From positions 2,355 through 66,354 of the forward strand of contig JBBABN010000001.1 of the NCBI GenBank assembly GCA_041657665.1: a DNA stretch of 64,000 nt, read 5' to 3'. This DNA is from Minisyncoccota bacterium (GTDB lineage: Bacteria > Patescibacteriota > Minisyncoccia > Phycocordibacterales > Phycocordibacteraceae). This document shows, one piece after another, positions 9,885 through 19,670 of the stretch (the stretch's first letter is position 1; each line of letters opens with the position of its first letter). The notes below the pieces were generated by a model. It was not told the origin of the DNA and made no database searches. It saw only the letters and a program-made list of their open reading frames with translations. A program made the translations under genes and the position numbers.

Positions 9885-11006
9885 ATGGCTTATATACGTG
9901 AGTATGTAAGCTATTTTTGTATTCGAAAGACCCACCGCATTCCTCGTTTTCCTATTAAATTCAACCCACATCTTTTCATAGTAGGTTCTGCGATAATCGC
10001 GTCCGCCCTTATGCTCGTACCGAGCCATGCGGATGCTTTTTGGCCTTTTTCTTCTAATGCAGATGCTGCAACGAATACTATTATTCCAAGAGCTTCGACT
10101 CCAGTACTTATTGCCGCTCTGAATAGCAATCCAAACATTACCGCCTCTGTAGAGCTGGCTACTTCTGGTGGATCAGCTCTTGTTTCTCACAGTGGTCCTT
10201 CTGGTACCTCAGCCAGTATCGCGAACATACCGCCGCCTGACCAAATATCAGTCTATGTAGTCCGCCCAGGAGATACCCTCTCAGATATTGCTGACATGTT
10301 TAATGTTTCGGTAAACACTATTATTTGGGCAAACAATCTTTCTAGCGTTCGAGACATACATCAGGGCGACACGCTCATCATTCTGCCAGTTTCAGGTACT
10401 GAACGCATCATAGTTAAAGGCGACACCCTAAAATCACTCGCAAAGAAATACAATGCTGACGCGAATGAAATCGCACAATACAACGGTCTCGATCCGCTCG
10501 AACCGCTTACTATAGGATCCACCATTATCATTCCTGGCGGTGAAATCGGCACACCAGCTCCAAGCGCGTCGCCTTCAAAACCTTCTCGCACAACATCTAC
10601 TTCTAGTAACGGTTCACTGCAGACAGGTTATTACAGAAATCCTGTACCGGGAGGAGTTATCTCTCAAGGCATTCACGGAAAGAATGCTGTGGATATAGCT
10701 GCAGCACGCGGCACACCAATCCACGCAGCCGCTGGCGGAACGGTTATCATCTCGCGTAACAATGGTGGGTGGAATGGCGGATACGGCAACTATGTCGTTA
10801 TAACTCACAGTAACGGCTCCCAGACACTCTATGCTCACATGACCAATGCGATTGTTTCAACAGGACAGTCGGTTTCCTCAGGACAAATCATCGGCTATGT
10901 CGGCTCGACCGGACAATCGACCGGCTCACATCTCCACTTCGAAGTTCGTAGTGCATCCAACCCTCTCCGTAATTGTTCAGTTGGCAGAGTGTGCTCTCCT
11001 AAATAA
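9885..11006 (+). CDS. LysM-domain M23 family metallopeptidase (peptidoglycan hydrolase)
   Basis: Two LysM repeats (YVVRPGDTLSDIADMF..., IIVKGDTLKSLAKKYN...) and a C-terminal M23 motif GSTGQSTGSHLHFEVR. N-terminal hydrophobic signal. The start codon is uncertain. Confidence 0.85.
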   Translation: MAYIREYVSYFCIRKTHRIPRFPIKFNPHLFIVGSAIIASALMLVPSHADAFWPFSSNADAATNTIIPRASTPVLIAALNSNPNITASVELATSGGSALVSHSGPSGTSASIANIPPPDQISVYVVRPGDTLSDIADMFNVSVNTIIWANNLSSVRDIHQGDTLIILPVSGTERIIVKGDTLKSLAKKYNADANEIAQYNGLDPLEPLTIGSTIIIPGGEIGTPAPSASPSKPSRTTSTSSNGSLQTGYYRNPVPGGVISQGIHGKNAVDIAAARGTPIHAAAGGTVIISRNNGGWNGGYGNYVVITHSNGSQTLYAHMTNAIVSTGQSVSSGQIIGYVGSTGQSTGSHLHFEVRSASNPLRNCSVGRVCSPK

Positions 11007-11009
11007 TTA

Positions 11010-11032
11010 AAAACGCCCATCGGGCGTTTTTA
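11010..11032. terminator. Bidirectional rho-independent terminator hairpin (AAAAACGCCCATCGGGCGTTTTT)
   Basis: Perfect GC-rich stem flanked by A-run and T-run, between convergent genes at 11006 and 11057. Confidence 0.8.
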
Positions 11033-11056
11033 ATTTAATATAAAAATGCAAATGTT

Positions 11057-11314
11057 CTATTTCTTTAGTGCTTGCTGTAGTTCTTGTTGAATTTTCCTGA
11101 TCTCCTCATCGTTCTGTCGTTTCCTTAACTCAAGTTCCTCAATCGATTTTCTTATGACTTCTGCCTCGCTCTCCAATTTCTGAAGTTCGCTTTTCTTTTT
11201 TGTTACTTCATCCTCTTTCCTCTTCAGATCTTGTTTTTTCGTTTGCAACTCTCGTTCTTCGTTTTGCATCTCGCGCTTCAAAGTTTCAAGAGCTTGTGTC
11301 GATGTATTTTCCAT
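11057..11314 (-). CDS. Small coiled-coil protein (highly charged, K/E-rich), function unknown
   Basis: 85-aa ORF with heptad-like E/K/L periodicity, ending at the bidirectional terminator. No recognisable catalytic motif. Confidence 0.4.
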   Translation of the reverse strand: MENTSTQALETLKREMQNEERELQTKKQDLKRKEDEVTKKKSELQKLESEAEVIRKSIEELELRKRQNDEEIRKIQQELQQALKK

Positions 11315-11350
11315 ATTCTGTCTGTAAACTAGTACTGCGAGAGTATAGCA

Positions 11351-12943
11351 TTATTCAAACCCAAACAATCCGCGGGGACGGTACTGAAGTGCTTCGTGCA
11401 CGAAAGCGGGAGTGACCGAGCTGGCACCAGCGAGGTCGGCGATAGTGCGTGCGACACGCATCGTGCGGTGGTAGCTCCGCGGCGAGAGATGCAGGCGCGC
11501 GGCAGAAAGGGTGAGTGTTTCTTTCGCGGCTTCGGTAAAGCCACTTTTTTCATCCAATTCTTTTCCACTAAGCGCGGCATTTGTAGCACCCTTCTTCCCT
11601 GTGCGTTTCTCGGCACTCGTACGTGCTGCGACCACACGCTTACGCACCAGTTCTGACGATTCTCCTGTTGAAAGTTTCGCGAGCGTATCATGCGGGACGA
11701 GCGGCACTTCTATCCAGAGATCAAGACGGTCGACGATAGGACGCGAAATACGGCGGGCCTGCTTCACCGCGGCGCGCTGTGCGACACGAGAATCATCAGA
11801 GAGCGTATCGGCCGGATTCATCGCAGCGACAATCATACAGTCAGCTGGGAAAGTAACGGTCGCGCGCGCTCGAGAAACAGTAACGATGCGATCTTCGAGC
11901 GGTTGTCGAAGAGCTTCGAGCGTTCGTGAATCAAATTCGGGAAATTCGTCTAAGAAAAGAACACCTTTATGCGCGAGAGTTACTTCACCCGCCTTCGGGA
12001 ACGTGCCGCCGCCGACAATCGCGACATGAGAGATCGAATGATGTGGCGCACGAAATGGTGGCCAGTAGACAGCATCGCCATCTGAAAGAAGCCCTGCGGT
12101 CGAATGTATCGCCGTCACTTCGAGCATATCGTCGTCAGAGAGCGATGGAAGAATTCCTGCGAGCGCTCTGGCGAGCATCGTCTTCCCCGTTCCAGGAGGT
12201 CCATAAAAAACGATATTATGTCGGCCAGCAGCAGCGATCTCAAGGGCGCGTTTCGCACTCTCCTGCCCTTTTACTTCAGCAAGATCGATAGCAGGTGGCG
12301 GAATTGGTATATGGCGATCACGCACAAGACGTGGAAGTATTTTCTCCCCATTCAAATGAAGGAGAAGTTCTGTGAGCGATGCGGGAGCATAGACCGCAAT
12401 ACCTTCGGCAAGAAGTGCCTCACGCGCATTCCCTGGTGGGACGAAAATCGTTTTAATACCATGCCGTTTCGCAACCAACACTTGTGGAAGAACCCCGCGC
12501 ACAGCCCGAACCGTCCCATCGAGAGCAAGTTCACCAATAAAAAGCATTTTCTCCTCGAGAGAAGGAAGATCCCCAGCAGCTATAAGATACGCAATCGCAA
12601 GCGAAAGATCATAGTGCGATCCTTCTTTCTTCAAATCTGCAGGCGAGAGCGAGAGAACGATACGTTTATTTTGTTGTTTCGGCGGCTTATAGCCAGAATG
12701 CCGTATCGCAGCACTTATCCTGTCGCGCGCTTCTTCGACCGCTTTATCAGCAAGACCAACAACTGAGAAATTATGTAGTCCGCGCGTCAGATCGGCCTCG
12801 ACCACCACTATCTCAGCACCAGATCCAACTGGTTGAGCCGCAAGAGTCTTCGCGTAGCCATGCTTAGGAAGCAGAGCTTTAGCGGCGTTTCCCTTGGGAA
12901 GAGAGGTTTTGGCTGTATTTCCCTTGGGCAATGCGCCTGGCAT
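11351..12943 (-). CDS. comM: YifB/ComM family Mg-chelatase-like AAA+ ATPase (competence protein ComM)
   Basis: N-terminal Lon-like domain ([32 protein letters not shown]), Walker [14 protein letters not shown] and a C-terminal Mg-chelatase region. I chose the ATG at 12943 as start, 4 nt after the dksA-like stop. The ORF-track extension to 13051 overlaps dksA and is rejected. Confidence 0.8.
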   Translation of the reverse strand: MPGALPKGNTAKTSLPKGNAAKALLPKHGYAKTLAAQPVGSGAEIVVVEADLTRGLHNFSVVGLADKAVEEARDRISAAIRHSGYKPPKQQNKRIVLSLSPADLKKEGSHYDLSLAIAYLIAAGDLPSLEEKMLFIGELALDGTVRAVRGVLPQVLVAKRHGIKTIFVPPGNAREALLAEGIAVYAPASLTELLLHLNGEKILPRLVRDRHIPIPPPAIDLAEVKGQESAKRALEIAAAGRHNIVFYGPPGTGKTMLARALAGILPSLSDDDMLEVTAIHSTAGLLSDGDAVYWPPFRAPHHSISHVAIVGGGTFPKAGEVTLAHKGVLFLDEFPEFDSRTLEALRQPLEDRIVTVSRARATVTFPADCMIVAAMNPADTLSDDSRVAQRAAVKQARRISRPIVDRLDLWIEVPLVPHDTLAKLSTGESSELVRKRVVAARTSAEKRTGKKGATNAALSGKELDEKSGFTEAAKETLTLSAARLHLSPRSYHRTMRVARTIADLAGASSVTPAFVHEALQYRPRGLFGFE

Positions 12944-12947
12944 GGAA

Positions 12948-13295
12948 TTATAAATGCTTGGTACAGGTAGTCGCAGAAGGATCGGCCTCGAGACGTGTTT
13001 CTTGTATCTCTTCTCCGCATACTTCACATTTCCCGTACGTGTTTTTATCAATCCTTGAGAGTGCTGTTAGGATAGCGTCGTAACGTGCTTCGAGATCGGC
13101 GAGTACCGCCACATCATTTTCTCGATTCGTAATAACATCTGCTTGGTCAATAGGATTTGATTCCATACCAACATCAATAGGTGCTGGTTCCCAATCGCCA
13201 GGAACGGCCAAGTTCTTACGCCCAACACTCGCCATCTCTTCCTCTAATTTTAATTTGTCTTCTTCTAATTTTTCCTTGAAATGTTTGGTAGTCAT
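12948..13295 (-). CDS. DksA/TraR family C4-type zinc-finger protein
   Basis: C-terminal CEVCGEEI...TTCTKH four-cysteine zinc finger preceded by a coiled-coil, typical of DksA/TraR. Confidence 0.75.
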   Translation of the reverse strand: MTTKHFKEKLEEDKLKLEEEMASVGRKNLAVPGDWEPAPIDVGMESNPIDQADVITNRENDVAVLADLEARYDAILTALSRIDKNTYGKCEVCGEEIQETRLEADPSATTCTKHL

Positions 13296-13322
13296 TCAGA
13301 GATGATATCAGATGGAAATCAC

Positions 13323-14648
13323 TTATTGTGCGCGAGAAGAAGCAAGTCGGAGCATAAGTTCAGAAAAGACTGACGGGTCGCGCGCGATAACAAGTGTTGA
13401 CTGATTCCAGTAGCCGTAGAGAAGAACGCTTTGATTCTTATCATCACGATAGACGCGAACATCGTGATTATTAATCACTTCATCACGAAAGCCAGGAATA
13501 AATATAGGAGTCGATGAAGTCGCTACTGCAGTAGTTGTCGTCGATGTCTTCATTACACTTTTTGATGTCGTCGTTGCTTGAGTCGATGTTGCTACTGTAG
13601 TCGTCGCAACAGCAGGTGTTGTTGATGCTATAGCAATGGCCGGAGCGACGACAAGCGGTTCGTTATAAGGAGAGAAAAGTGCTCCAAGATCGCGCCTCAT
13701 TAAAGGTTCCCAAGAAAGCATACCTGAAAAAGTGTCACTGTACGAAGCAACTGAGAGTATGAAAAATGGACTTTGATTCCCATTGTTATTCACGATACCA
13801 GCCATACTGTCCGAAGCATGTATGTTACGCAAGAGAATATTAGGAGCAGGGATCTGAAGTGCAGAAAAAACACTATTGTCTGTTGTAGTTGCATTCTCTG
13901 TATAGAGAAGTCGCACAGTATTAAGAGCGAGAGGACGATCAATCGACTGTTCGATCGCCGATAATAAAACAGCTCCTGTTCCAGAAATTTTTTCATCTTC
14001 TTCAACAAAGATCGGCGCAGGAATAGTTGGAGCAAGAATAATTGGAGCTATTACTGTTGAATAATTTGTGTAGACGAAATACACACCAAAACCACCAGCA
14101 ATAAGTAGTGCCACGCCAGCCAAAATATACAGAAGACCGCCACGCGAAGAGTTAGATTCTCTTTCGGGTTCGGTCTTTTGTGGTGCCGCATCTTGTTCTG
14201 CAGCGAGTACAGTTGCTGTTGAGGCATGTGACTCCTTCATGTGATCAGAAAAATCACTTTCGTATGTCTTGAGTGGTGCGGGTGTTGGTTCTGGTGCCGG
14301 CTCAGGTTCGGGAACTGGCTCAGGAGCAGGAGTTGGAATAGGGGGCGGTTCATTCTTCATTATTGGAATAGATAATGGAGAAAACGACACATGCCCAACA
14401 TTCGATGAAGGTATTGTAGAAGGAACAACCGATGATGTAGTTGGCGGTTCAACTGGTTTTGTCACAGGAGTTGCAGACGATTTTACTTCTTGAAGTGGCA
14501 CCAGATCTGGAGTACCTCCTTTTTTAATCGTCGCCATATCACCCTCAAAGGTGCGAATATATTTTTTTGGCATTTCACGATTCCCTTCTACTATTTTTGA
14601 AGAAGGATCGGGAATTGGTGTATTCGATGCAGCTAGTGGTGTGTCCAT
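13323..14648 (-). CDS. Hypothetical membrane-anchored protein with a proline-rich linker (PEPVPEPEPAPEPTPAP) and one TM helix
   Basis: 441-aa ORF with one clear TM segment (LLYILAGVALLIAGGFGVYFVY). No recognisable enzyme motif. Confidence 0.45.
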   Translation of the reverse strand: MDTPLAASNTPIPDPSSKIVEGNREMPKKYIRTFEGDMATIKKGGTPDLVPLQEVKSSATPVTKPVEPPTTSSVVPSTIPSSNVGHVSFSPLSIPIMKNEPPPIPTPAPEPVPEPEPAPEPTPAPLKTYESDFSDHMKESHASTATVLAAEQDAAPQKTEPERESNSSRGGLLYILAGVALLIAGGFGVYFVYTNYSTVIAPIILAPTIPAPIFVEEDEKISGTGAVLLSAIEQSIDRPLALNTVRLLYTENATTTDNSVFSALQIPAPNILLRNIHASDSMAGIVNNNGNQSPFFILSVASYSDTFSGMLSWEPLMRRDLGALFSPYNEPLVVAPAIAIASTTPAVATTTVATSTQATTTSKSVMKTSTTTTAVATSSTPIFIPGFRDEVINNHDVRVYRDDKNQSVLLYGYWNQSTLVIARDPSVFSELMLRLASSRAQ

Positions 14649-14688
14649 TCACTTCTATAGTAACGCATCCAAACGGAACGCAAGTAGG

Positions 14689-15204
14689 TTATCCTCGTGA
14701 AGTGATCGTAAACTTTTTTGGATCGTCACACATATCAGTAAATGCATGTGCTACTTCCTTCAATTTACTTGATGATGACTTACCGAATGAAATAACTTCA
14801 ACTTGGCATCCTTCATTCATATCCAGATACTGGATAAGTGGAATAAAATCACCGTCGCCGGTCGCGAGAATAACCGTATCGAGTTTCGGAGCAAGCTTCA
14901 CTGCATCGATAGCGAGCCCGACATCCCAGTCAGCTTTCTTGGCACCATCAGCGAATATCTGAAGATCTTTCACTTTTGTTTCGATACCCATCTTCGTAAG
15001 TGCCCCGAAGAAATTATTCTCTTCCCCACTGTCCGTGGAGATAACATAAGCGATAGCACGCACGAGAATGCGTCCGCCCACCGCTTCTTCAAGAACTTTC
15101 GCGAAGTTTACACGCGCCTTATAGAGATGTTTCGCACTATGATAAAGATTTTGTGTGTCGATAAATACGCCCACACGTTGAGCTGGATGTTTAATAACTG
15201 CCAT
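14689..15204 (-). CDS. NYN-domain (LabA/DUF88-like) predicted RNA nuclease
   Basis: VFIDTQNLYHSAKHL... and ...VILATGDGDFIPLI match the NYN/LabA PIN-like acidic-residue pattern. Confidence 0.7.
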   Translation of the reverse strand: MAVIKHPAQRVGVFIDTQNLYHSAKHLYKARVNFAKVLEEAVGGRILVRAIAYVISTDSGEENNFFGALTKMGIETKVKDLQIFADGAKKADWDVGLAIDAVKLAPKLDTVILATGDGDFIPLIQYLDMNEGCQVEVISFGKSSSSKLKEVAHAFTDMCDDPKKFTITSRG

Positions 15205-15334
15205 ATAAATAAATTACGTATGAAAACAAAATAATAAAATGTAGCTCCCGCATCGGGACTCCGACGGGAGTGCTACTTCTTCATACTACCACTTCCTTTC
15301 TTACACCTTATCCCTTGCACCTTAAACCTCCTTT

Positions 15335-15601
15335 CTACTTCTTGAGACCAAGTTTCTTAATCAAAGAGTTGTACTGACGCTTATTGTTCTTTTCGAGATA
15401 ACGCAAATGTGAACGACGGTCAGCAACCATCTGGAGAAGTCCGTGGCGAGAATGAACATCTTTCGGATTTTTCTTGAGGTGTTTCGCAAGCTCGTCGATT
15501 TGTTTCGAAAGGAGGGCAACCTGAACATCCGGAGATCCGGTGTCGGTGTCGTGTCGAGCGATATTTTTAATAACCGCTGCCTTTTTCTTCGTGGTAAGCA
15601 T
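15335..15601 (-). CDS. rpsO: 30S ribosomal protein S15
   Basis: 88 aa with ...GSPDVQVALLSKQIDELAKHLKKNPKDVHSRHGLLQMVADRRSHLRYL..., a canonical S15 sequence. Confidence 0.95.
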   Translation of the reverse strand: MLTTKKKAAVIKNIARHDTDTGSPDVQVALLSKQIDELAKHLKKNPKDVHSRHGLLQMVADRRSHLRYLEKNNKRQYNSLIKKLGLKK

Positions 15602-15702
15602 GTACGACTACACTACCACGCCTTGTGAAATTGTGCAAGTCCGGTGTAATCACCGCGACTTGCACAATTTCATCCCGAGGAGTTTACGACAAGGGACCAT
15701 GA

Positions 15703-16635
15703 ATGTTGTGCGACACGGGTGGTATGCTATCCACTATGGAAGCAGAGACCGCGAAACGACAATTTCTCGAATATATCGAGATAGAGCGCGGACGCGCAGT
15801 GAAGACCATCGAGAATTACGACCATTACCTGACTCGCTTCTTCATACAGATGAAAATAAAGGGCGTGAAGGACATCAGCGAGCAGAATGTTCGCGAGTTT
15901 CGCCTCTGGCTGAACCGTCAGGCCGGCACCAATAATGCCTCTATGAAGCGCCGAACCCAGAATTACTATATGATTGCGCTCCGCGCCTTCTTGAAGTTCC
16001 TGCGGAAGCGCGATATTCCCGCAATTTCTCCCGAGAAGATAGAGCTCGCGAAGCTCCCCGAGCGCGAGCTCGACCTTATATCCCCCACCGAGCTTGCTCG
16101 ACTTCTACAGGCTGCTGACGGACCTGAAGAAAAGGATTTACGCGATAAAGCGATATTAGAGCTCTTCTTCTCTACTGGCCTACGTGTTTCTGAGCTCTGT
16201 GCGCTTAATAATGACCTCGATTTGTCCCAAGATTCCTTCTCAGTACGCGGGAAAGGCGAGAAAGTGCGGGTCGTCTTCCTCTCAGAAGCTGCTAAAAAAT
16301 CTGTTGCTGCTTATCTGAAAGCGCGAAAGGATATGGCGGAAGCACTTTTCGTGAATGTTTCAGCTGGCAATTCAATTCCTTCTCGCCTCACGCCACGCTC
16401 GGTAGAACGAATCATTAAAAAATGCGCCGCTAAAGCTGGTATTACGAAGAAGATGACCCCACATGTCCTCCGTCATGTCTTCGCCACCGACCTACTCAAT
16501 AACGGCGCGGATATTCGCTCAGTCCAACAACTCCTCGGCCACGCTTCTATTAACACCACTCAAATTTATACCCACATCACCGACGCGCACCTGCGCGAAG
16601 TGCATAAGAAGTATCACAGCAAATCCAGTAACTGA
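15703..16635 (+). CDS. xerC: Tyrosine site-specific recombinase (XerC/XerD-like)
   Basis: C-terminal catalytic box HVLRHVFATDLLNNGADIRSVQQLLGHASINTTQIYTH (R..HxxR..Y). An N-terminal SAM-like core-binding domain is present. The exact start (15703 or a downstream ATG) is uncertain. Confidence 0.85.
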   Translation: MLCDTGGMLSTMEAETAKRQFLEYIEIERGRAVKTIENYDHYLTRFFIQMKIKGVKDISEQNVREFRLWLNRQAGTNNASMKRRTQNYYMIALRAFLKFLRKRDIPAISPEKIELAKLPERELDLISPTELARLLQAADGPEEKDLRDKAILELFFSTGLRVSELCALNNDLDLSQDSFSVRGKGEKVRVVFLSEAAKKSVAAYLKARKDMAEALFVNVSAGNSIPSRLTPRSVERIIKKCAAKAGITKKMTPHVLRHVFATDLLNNGADIRSVQQLLGHASINTTQIYTHITDAHLREVHKKYHSKSSN

Positions 16636-16660
16636 CCCGACAAGGATGTAGAATAGAGAC

Positions 16661-17425
16661 ATGAAAATCGTCTCATGGAATGTGAACGGGCTGCGCTCGC
16701 TCGCGAAGAACGACTACTGGGAATCATTTTTAAAAGAAGCGAAACCGGACATATTTTGTCTTCAAGAGACTAAAGCAAGTCCAGAACAAGTCCCAGAAGC
16801 ACTCCTCTCCCCTGCTGGATTCTCCTCATTTTTTTCATCTTCGCAAACGAAGAAGGGCTACAGTGGCGTCGCATTATATTCAAAAGTCGAGCCGTTATCA
16901 GTTATTTATGGCATGGGGATAAAAGAATTCGACCAGGAAGGACGAATTATCGGCGCAGAATATGAGGATTTCTGGCTACTGAACGTCTACTTCCCCAATG
17001 GAGGAATGGGCCCGGAGCGTCTTGACTATAAAATGCGCTTTTATGACGCTTTTCTCGCTTTCGTAGAGAAATTACGCAAGCAAAAGCCCGTTATTTTCTG
17101 TGGTGATGTGAATACCGCCCACGAGGAGACAGATCTTGCCCGACCGAAAGAAAATGAGGAAAATACTGGCTTTTTACCTCAAGAACGAGCCTGGATTGAT
17201 GAAGTTATACAGGCTGGCTATATCGATTCTTTCCGCCACTTCCATCCCCACACAGGAGACGCCTATACGTATTGGGATATGAAGACGCGAGCGCGCGATA
17301 GAAATGTTGGTTGGCGCCTTGATTATTTCTTCGTCGCACAAGAATTTATTAAGCACATCAAGAAATCAGAAATGTTATCTGACATTTACGGCTCCGACCA
17401 CTGCCCCATTTCCATAATGTTATAA
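16661..17425 (+). CDS. xth: Exodeoxyribonuclease III (AP endonuclease)
   Basis: MKIVSWNVNGLRS...FCLQETK...GDHCPI, an EEP-family Xth signature. Confidence 0.9.
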   Translation: MKIVSWNVNGLRSLAKNDYWESFLKEAKPDIFCLQETKASPEQVPEALLSPAGFSSFFSSSQTKKGYSGVALYSKVEPLSVIYGMGIKEFDQEGRIIGAEYEDFWLLNVYFPNGGMGPERLDYKMRFYDAFLAFVEKLRKQKPVIFCGDVNTAHEETDLARPKENEENTGFLPQERAWIDEVIQAGYIDSFRHFHPHTGDAYTYWDMKTRARDRNVGWRLDYFFVAQEFIKHIKKSEMLSDIYGSDHCPISIML

Positions 17426-17758
17426 AGGACACTTCGACTTACTCAGTGCAGGCATAGTTATCCACAGGGTGTCCTTTACATTGTCCTTTATTAAAACTAT
17501 TCTTCATTGCAGAGGCAGTGGCTATTACTTCGGTGAAAGCTTCTGCTGTCGCGGTAGTTCTTTCTTGCTCTTTCTGTCGGCGTTCCGCCTTCCCTTTCGA
17601 GGTGTCTGCCTGCGCTGCGGCGATCCGCAAATACAAGCCTTTCGGCACGATGTCCCTTGTCTCGGAATCCAGTACGCGATCGCATCATATAGAACAAAAG
17701 CCACCCCATTTCTCGGGCTGGAGCACCATTATTTTACGCCCTTGCTCCTTTTCGCTCT

Positions 17759-17783
17759 GGCCACCCTGGGTGGTTTTTTTGTT
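17759..17783 (+). terminator. Rho-independent terminator (CCACCCTGGGTGG followed by a T7 run)
   Basis: GC hairpin followed by a U-run on the + strand. It terminates whatever is transcribed from the 17426-17760 noncoding region. Confidence 0.6.
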
Positions 17784-17791
17784 TTAAATCA

Positions 17792-17842
17792 AAAACAAGG
17801 TTAAACCTTAAATCCTAATCCTCAAGGTTTAACCTTGTTTTT
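17792..17842. terminator. Long palindromic hairpin (AAAACAAGGTTAAACCTT ... AAGGTTTAACCTTGTTTT), bidirectional terminator-like
   Basis: 18-bp perfect inverted repeat with a 15-nt loop, flanked by A/T runs, upstream of the convergent cca gene end (17943). Confidence 0.6.
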
Positions 17843-17942
17843 ATACATTCCACGCGAAACACTTTTCACACATTACGCTTCATAACGCCGTCGGGCGTAA
17901 CTTATCCCTCGTATGACTCGGGATGAATTAGCTCGAAACGAG

Positions 17943-19427
17943 CTAATTCACATGATGTTTATCGAAAATATGCTTCATTTCCTCATCTTCTGCTGATTCA
18001 CGACGCTGTTTACCCGATTCACCTAGCTTTTGTAACTCTTCTTCAGACATAGCGAGGAGTTCTTCTGTCCTATTATCCATATATTCTTCAGTATTCAGCT
18101 CGGGATTATCGAGAACTTCCTCGAGAAGGGCATTTAACACAGATCCAATTCGAGGTCCCGGTTTCGCGTGGAACTTCTCCATAAGGCGATTCCCGTCTGT
18201 TTTAAGCATAGAAACAGAGATTGGGTCTCGAAGTGCCTGTTCCACCATCGCTTTATACTTACGGAAGCGAAACGGCTGTTCCTTCGGCCTGCCGGTACCT
18301 ATTCGATCGCAGATGCGCACATTAAGTAAATCCCAGATGTTCTCTTCGCCGACATTCTTTATCATCCGACGCACAGCCGAGAGGGTAATCTGCTCAGGAT
18401 CAGAGAAGAACATATGCCAACGGACCAATTTAACAACTTTTTCTATTGTTTCGCGTGGAAACCTCAGATTTTCTAGTATCTTTTTTGTTACACGTGAACC
18501 AACTACCTCATGCCCATGGAAGCTCCAATCGTTCTTTTCATCAGAATGACGACGGACTTCTGTCTTCGACACATCATGAAATAGGCAAGCGAGACGGACT
18601 TCCAGGCTAAAACCTTTATCGGCGGCATGCTGAACAGCGCGTAGGAGATGCTCAAAAACATCGTAACTATGTGCCTGATTCTGTTCGATACCGACAGCTC
18701 TCATAAGGTCGGAAGAGATGAATTCGAGAATACCCAGCTTTTGCGCCAAAATAATAGCATTCATTGGCTGATTCGAATTTACTATTCTCACAAACTCGTC
18801 CCGAATCCTTTCACATGAAACATGGCTTAAATGCTTGCTATTTTCGCTTATTGCCAGAGCAGTGTCGCCGTCTATACCAAAATCGAGCTCGGCGATAAAC
18901 CGCACAGCTCGAAGCATGCGCAGAGCGTCTTCATTAAAGCGCTCAGACGCGTTACCTACCGCCCGCACCATTCTGTCCTTTATGTCCTTTTGGCCCTCGT
19001 ACGGGTCAATAATTTGTCCTTGAGCATCATCGAGCGCGATAGCATTCATCGTGAAGTCGCGTCGTGCGACATCTTCGAGCAGGGAAGTGCCGAACTCGAC
19101 ACTGTCCGGTCGACGCTTGTCAGAATATTCTGATTCGATTCGATAAGGAGTTACTTCAATAATGGCGAGGCGTATATCCTCAGAACCAGTCTTCACTCCA
19201 ACTGTCCCATACTCATTTTCGTAGAAAGAGTCAGGAAATACGGCCTGTATCTGCTCGGGTGTCGCATTCGTGGTTATGTCCCAATCTTTTGGTTCTCGTC
19301 CTATAATAAGATCCCGAACGCACCCGCCGACAAGATATGCTTCGTATCCTGCTTCTCGAAGGCCTAGCGAAACTTTCGAAACCTCTTCTGGAATACGATA
19401 CGTCATTCCCAAATCGTAGCACAACAC
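17943..19427 (-). CDS. cca: CCA-adding tRNA nucleotidyltransferase with a C-terminal HD domain
   Basis: N-terminal polymerase-beta motif GGCVRDLIIGREPKDWDITT, followed by an HD-domain region. Confidence 0.85.
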   Translation of the reverse strand: MLCYDLGMTYRIPEEVSKVSLGLREAGYEAYLVGGCVRDLIIGREPKDWDITTNATPEQIQAVFPDSFYENEYGTVGVKTGSEDIRLAIIEVTPYRIESEYSDKRRPDSVEFGTSLLEDVARRDFTMNAIALDDAQGQIIDPYEGQKDIKDRMVRAVGNASERFNEDALRMLRAVRFIAELDFGIDGDTALAISENSKHLSHVSCERIRDEFVRIVNSNQPMNAIILAQKLGILEFISSDLMRAVGIEQNQAHSYDVFEHLLRAVQHAADKGFSLEVRLACLFHDVSKTEVRRHSDEKNDWSFHGHEVVGSRVTKKILENLRFPRETIEKVVKLVRWHMFFSDPEQITLSAVRRMIKNVGEENIWDLLNVRICDRIGTGRPKEQPFRFRKYKAMVEQALRDPISVSMLKTDGNRLMEKFHAKPGPRIGSVLNALLEEVLDNPELNTEEYMDNRTEELLAMSEEELQKLGESGKQRRESAEDEEMKHIFDKHHVN

Positions 19428-19466
19428 GACTGGTTTTTTAGCGTTTCTAACGTACTATGCTTATAG

Positions 19467-19540
19467 GCCCCGATGGTGAAATGGATATCACGGCTGACTT
19501 CGGATCAGCTATTCCGGGTTCGAATCCTGGTCAGGGCACC
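19467..19540 (+). tRNA. tRNA-Arg (anticodon TCG)
   Basis: Manual cloverleaf: acceptor GCCCCGA/TCAGGGC (one mismatch), D stem GTGA/TCAC, anticodon stem GCTGA/TCAGC with loop CTTCGGA (TCG), T arm CCGGG-TTCGAAT-CCTGG. Confidence 0.8.
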
Positions 19541-19599
19541 GCTAAGAAAAGTTGGTCACACTAGAAATGAATATGCACGGCATGCTACTATGCCGAGAG

Positions 19600-19670
19600 G
19601 CGGGCATGGTTTAGTGGTAGAACACGTCCTTGCCAAGGACGAGACGGGAGTCCGATTCTCCCTGCCCGCA
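19600..19670 (+). tRNA. tRNA-Gly (anticodon GCC)
   Basis: Acceptor GCGGGCA/TGCCCGC, anticodon stem CGTCC/GGACG with loop TTGCCAA (GCC), T arm GGGAG-TCCGATT-CTCCC. Confidence 0.85.

Noticed and set aside
12944-13051. comM start at 13051 (566-aa version)
   Set aside because: It would overlap the entire C-terminal zinc finger of the dksA-like gene in another frame. The shorter start at 12943 is used.
17426-17790. Calling this gap tmRNA or RNase P RNA
   Set aside because: I could not find a T-arm GGTTCGAATCC plus CCA acceptor pairing (tmRNA) or the GGAAAGUCCGGGC / ACAGAACCCGGCUUA universal RNase P motifs. It is left as an unassigned candidate only.
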